A stretch of 51,505 nt of DNA, the filler included, from Streblomastix strix (taxonomy: Eukaryota), in NCBI GenBank assembly GCA_008636045.1. It is 3 parts of 3 records of this genome, joined end to end, with 100 filler letters (N's around TTAATTAATTAA, not from the genome) between each part and the next. Parts side by side here need not be neighbours in the genome. Positions count along the whole stretch, not along the records: positions 34,408 to 51,505 come from SNRW01000726.1; 2 more parts are not named here. One strand, written 5' to 3'. The translations under genes and the position numbers were made by a program. This document shows positions 48,901-51,505 of the stretch, piece after piece; the first letter of the stretch is position 1; every line of letters begins with the position of its first letter. Under the pieces are notes generated by a model. It searched no databases. It saw only the letters and a program-made list of their open reading frames with translations, and had not been told where the DNA came from.

Positions 48901-49826
48901 AATTTTAAACCTGATTTTATTATTTTTAAAATTTATATTTTAATTTAAAGAAAAATAAATTAATTTTATTTTATTATTTTAAATTTTTAAATAAAAAATT
49001 TAATTTATATTTTTAATATTTTTATATTTTTTAAACATTTAGTTTTAATTTCAAAAACAATAACAATACAAATAAGAAAGATTGAAAAGTGTGCTAGATT
49101 AAAAATATTAAAATTTTTTTTTAATATTTTAAATATATTCGATTTTCTAAATATAAATTTGATAAGAAGTTAATTATTTAATTTTTATAATATTCGCATT
49201 ATCAACTTATAAGCAACAGCAAGAATTATAAATAGAATTTTTTTAACTAATATATTTGCTTGAAATTTTAAATTAATAATCATTGAATTCTAAATTATAA
49301 CAATTTTTATTGTGTAATTATATAATTTTTACATAATCAGTTTAATCTTAGTGTCTCATCAAAGTATCATTTTTAATATACGTAATATCATATGTTGGTT
49401 CTAGGCAGTTTATCTTTTGATAAGGATCAATTAATGTGGTTATTAATAATTATTGCACGAAAAATAGTGTCTAAAATTGATTAATTAGAGTGAATACAGA
49501 ATAATGATTTAAAAGTTAAAATTTTGAATTTTCATCAAGCATATTTTTAGCTACACTTTTAGCTCTATTTTTATCATAAAATTCAGTTAACAATAAAGCA
49601 AATTATTATTATTATTAGTATGTTTTTGTAATATTCAAAAAATTTTTATATAGATTATTTTCTTTGAATAAATTGGAATTACGACCAAAATTAATCATTC
49701 CATTTCATATTCAATGCTATTTTCAATTATTCTTATGGAGGATATAAATTTCTTAAGTATCAGTATTGCTCTAGTAATGGAATTAAAAACCTGCAGCAAA
49801 ATACTTCATAATTCGCGAAGAAAAAC

Positions 49827-51505
49827 ATGAAGGGAAAAAAATATAATTGAAGATTTAGATTTGATTAAAGATGCAAAGTACAACATGGTTGCATTAATTA
49901 ATAAAAGACGCAAGGTTAAACTCGGATTGAACCCCTTCTTGCTCGTAGCAGGCGATAATTACGAATAGTTGAATAATAATTAATCTACTCTGAATTGGCA
50001 AATGTAGTGATTCAAACAGATATGAGTGTATCTGGAGCTACATCTGAACCAATAAAAGGCTTGATTAAATCTTCCATTGAAATTAGACAACGTCATCCAG
50101 ATGAAGATGTTTCAATTCTCATAGGTGTCATCTATAGGTTCAATTTAACAAATGAAATTTAATTTTGTGGAACAGAGATAAGAGCTGACCTACTTTCAAA
50201 AATGCGTGATTAATATGTATCAATTGTAATAGATGCTGGAACAGTTAGTATTTTATGTTTTGTTGCGGTTCTTGCTTGTCTTCCATTATTAAACATATTT
50301 CCAATATATATTAGTTTAAGGAAAGACATTAAATCCAAGGATGAATATGCATAGCTTGCTGCGAGAATTATTAAGTAGTTGATTAGCAAAAGTATTCATG
50401 TTATTAGCTTTATTACTGATGGATTAAAACATTAGGTTGCTTCGCTAACTTTATCGGATCCCGATTCATTCATGAAATATTTATTTGATGAGTAAAATGA
50501 ATTATTGAAAATGCTCCTCATATTTCATTAGCCATGTTTATGTCACAGGATTTAATTAGTCTTCATTCATGTCTTTAGAATGAACACAAAGTTGCAGAAA
50601 GTTATATAACATATAAGAGAGTTGATATGCTATCCCAGAGATAATAGGATAATGAATTAAATAGAAAGAAGATGAATATCTCCAATTGAGTCAAGATGGT
50701 TAATCTATTCTAAAATTATTAAATGGATTTGTCTTCATGTATTAAAAATCAAATTGGTTATGGAAAAAGATTTTTCTATGGAATAATATATTGATATTAA
50801 AACTCTCTGGGCAGTTCTAGAGCCTCTCTGTGGTTTGATTTCTGCATTTGAGAATAATTCATCATCAATATGCATTGCCTTTTAACTTTTGCTGGATACC
50901 GTATAATACTATAATAATCTGATTAATCTTCCATACTTTTCGAATAAAGAATGGATTCAGTAATGTCAAGAATTTGCTACTGAGTTGGTAAACATGACAT
51001 CATTAACGAATAATGAAACCAGATTAGCCTTAGCTTATGCTCCTACTCCATATGAAAGAGAAACTATGCACTAAGATTGCCTTCTTTCAAAAGATATAAA
51101 AGCTTATATGAGAATTTTGAAATAATAATGTGTTTTATAACAATTTACTGTCCCAGAAACAGATACACTTTTCAATTAATAAGACCCAACAACGATTGAC
51201 TAACAGGAATAAGATTAATTTAGTGAAATAGAAAATTCTGAAGAAATCAAATAAGAAAATCTATTTCTAATGGAATTATTTGATGATTCTGATTTTGAAG
51301 TTGAATCTAAAGATGGATTATACATTAAATAGAAAGACTAAGTTGGTAATAGTGCAAGAAATGACTTAAATTAAGCCCTTTATAACTAATCCAATCAAAA
51401 ATCCCTTCAATATATATCAAAAAAATAATATCAAGAAACATTTTATTCAACAGAAAAAATATAAAATTAATAATAATCTTTCAAGAGTTACTACTCATAT
51501 AAGAA
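49827..51505 (+). pseudogene. hAT-superfamily transposase, decayed and 3'-truncated
   Basis: YVSIVIDAGT, SFITDG, PCLCHRIQL (CxxH), ESRWL, LEPL...FE in one frame. In-frame TGAs (e.g. 50673-50675). Start uncertain. Confidence 0.78.

Overview
Three unrelated ~17.1-kb contigs (1-17106, 17207-34307, 34408-51505) joined by N44-TTAATTAATTAA-N44 linkers. The source is a very AT-rich eukaryote that reads TAA/TAG as Gln and uses TGA as its only stop. This is shown by dynein motifs, and it is why the supplied ORF track is fragmented. An oxymonad/metamonad host such as Streblomastix is my inference. Host genes: the 3' part of an axonemal dynein heavy chain and an intron-rich Ras-like GTPase-PH fusion. 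Most of the window is Polinton/Maverick-type DNA. (i) Two copies (9057-17106, 24545-32530) of a compact ~8-kb element with ~300-330-bp TIRs ending ACTACT...AGTAGT. It carries only a DD35D retroviral-type integrase, a very long protein-primed PolB ORF (HeH-like head, OTU-like protease, Zn finger, Exo, HNH insert, Pol) and one orphan ORF, with no capsid, ATPase or separate protease gene seen. Both copies have an in-frame TGA at the same position in the PolB ORF, a candidate programmed readthrough site. (ii) An older related element into whose PolB gene copy 1 and a MITE have inserted. (iii) A decayed Polinton-like virus with putative MCP, tail-fiber-repeat protein, KilA-N, amphipathic protein and an AEP primase-SF3 helicase, punctuated by a dispersed motif with 9-bp tandem units. 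A second MITE and hAT transposase remnants follow. All translations and comparisons were done by eye; no searches were run.
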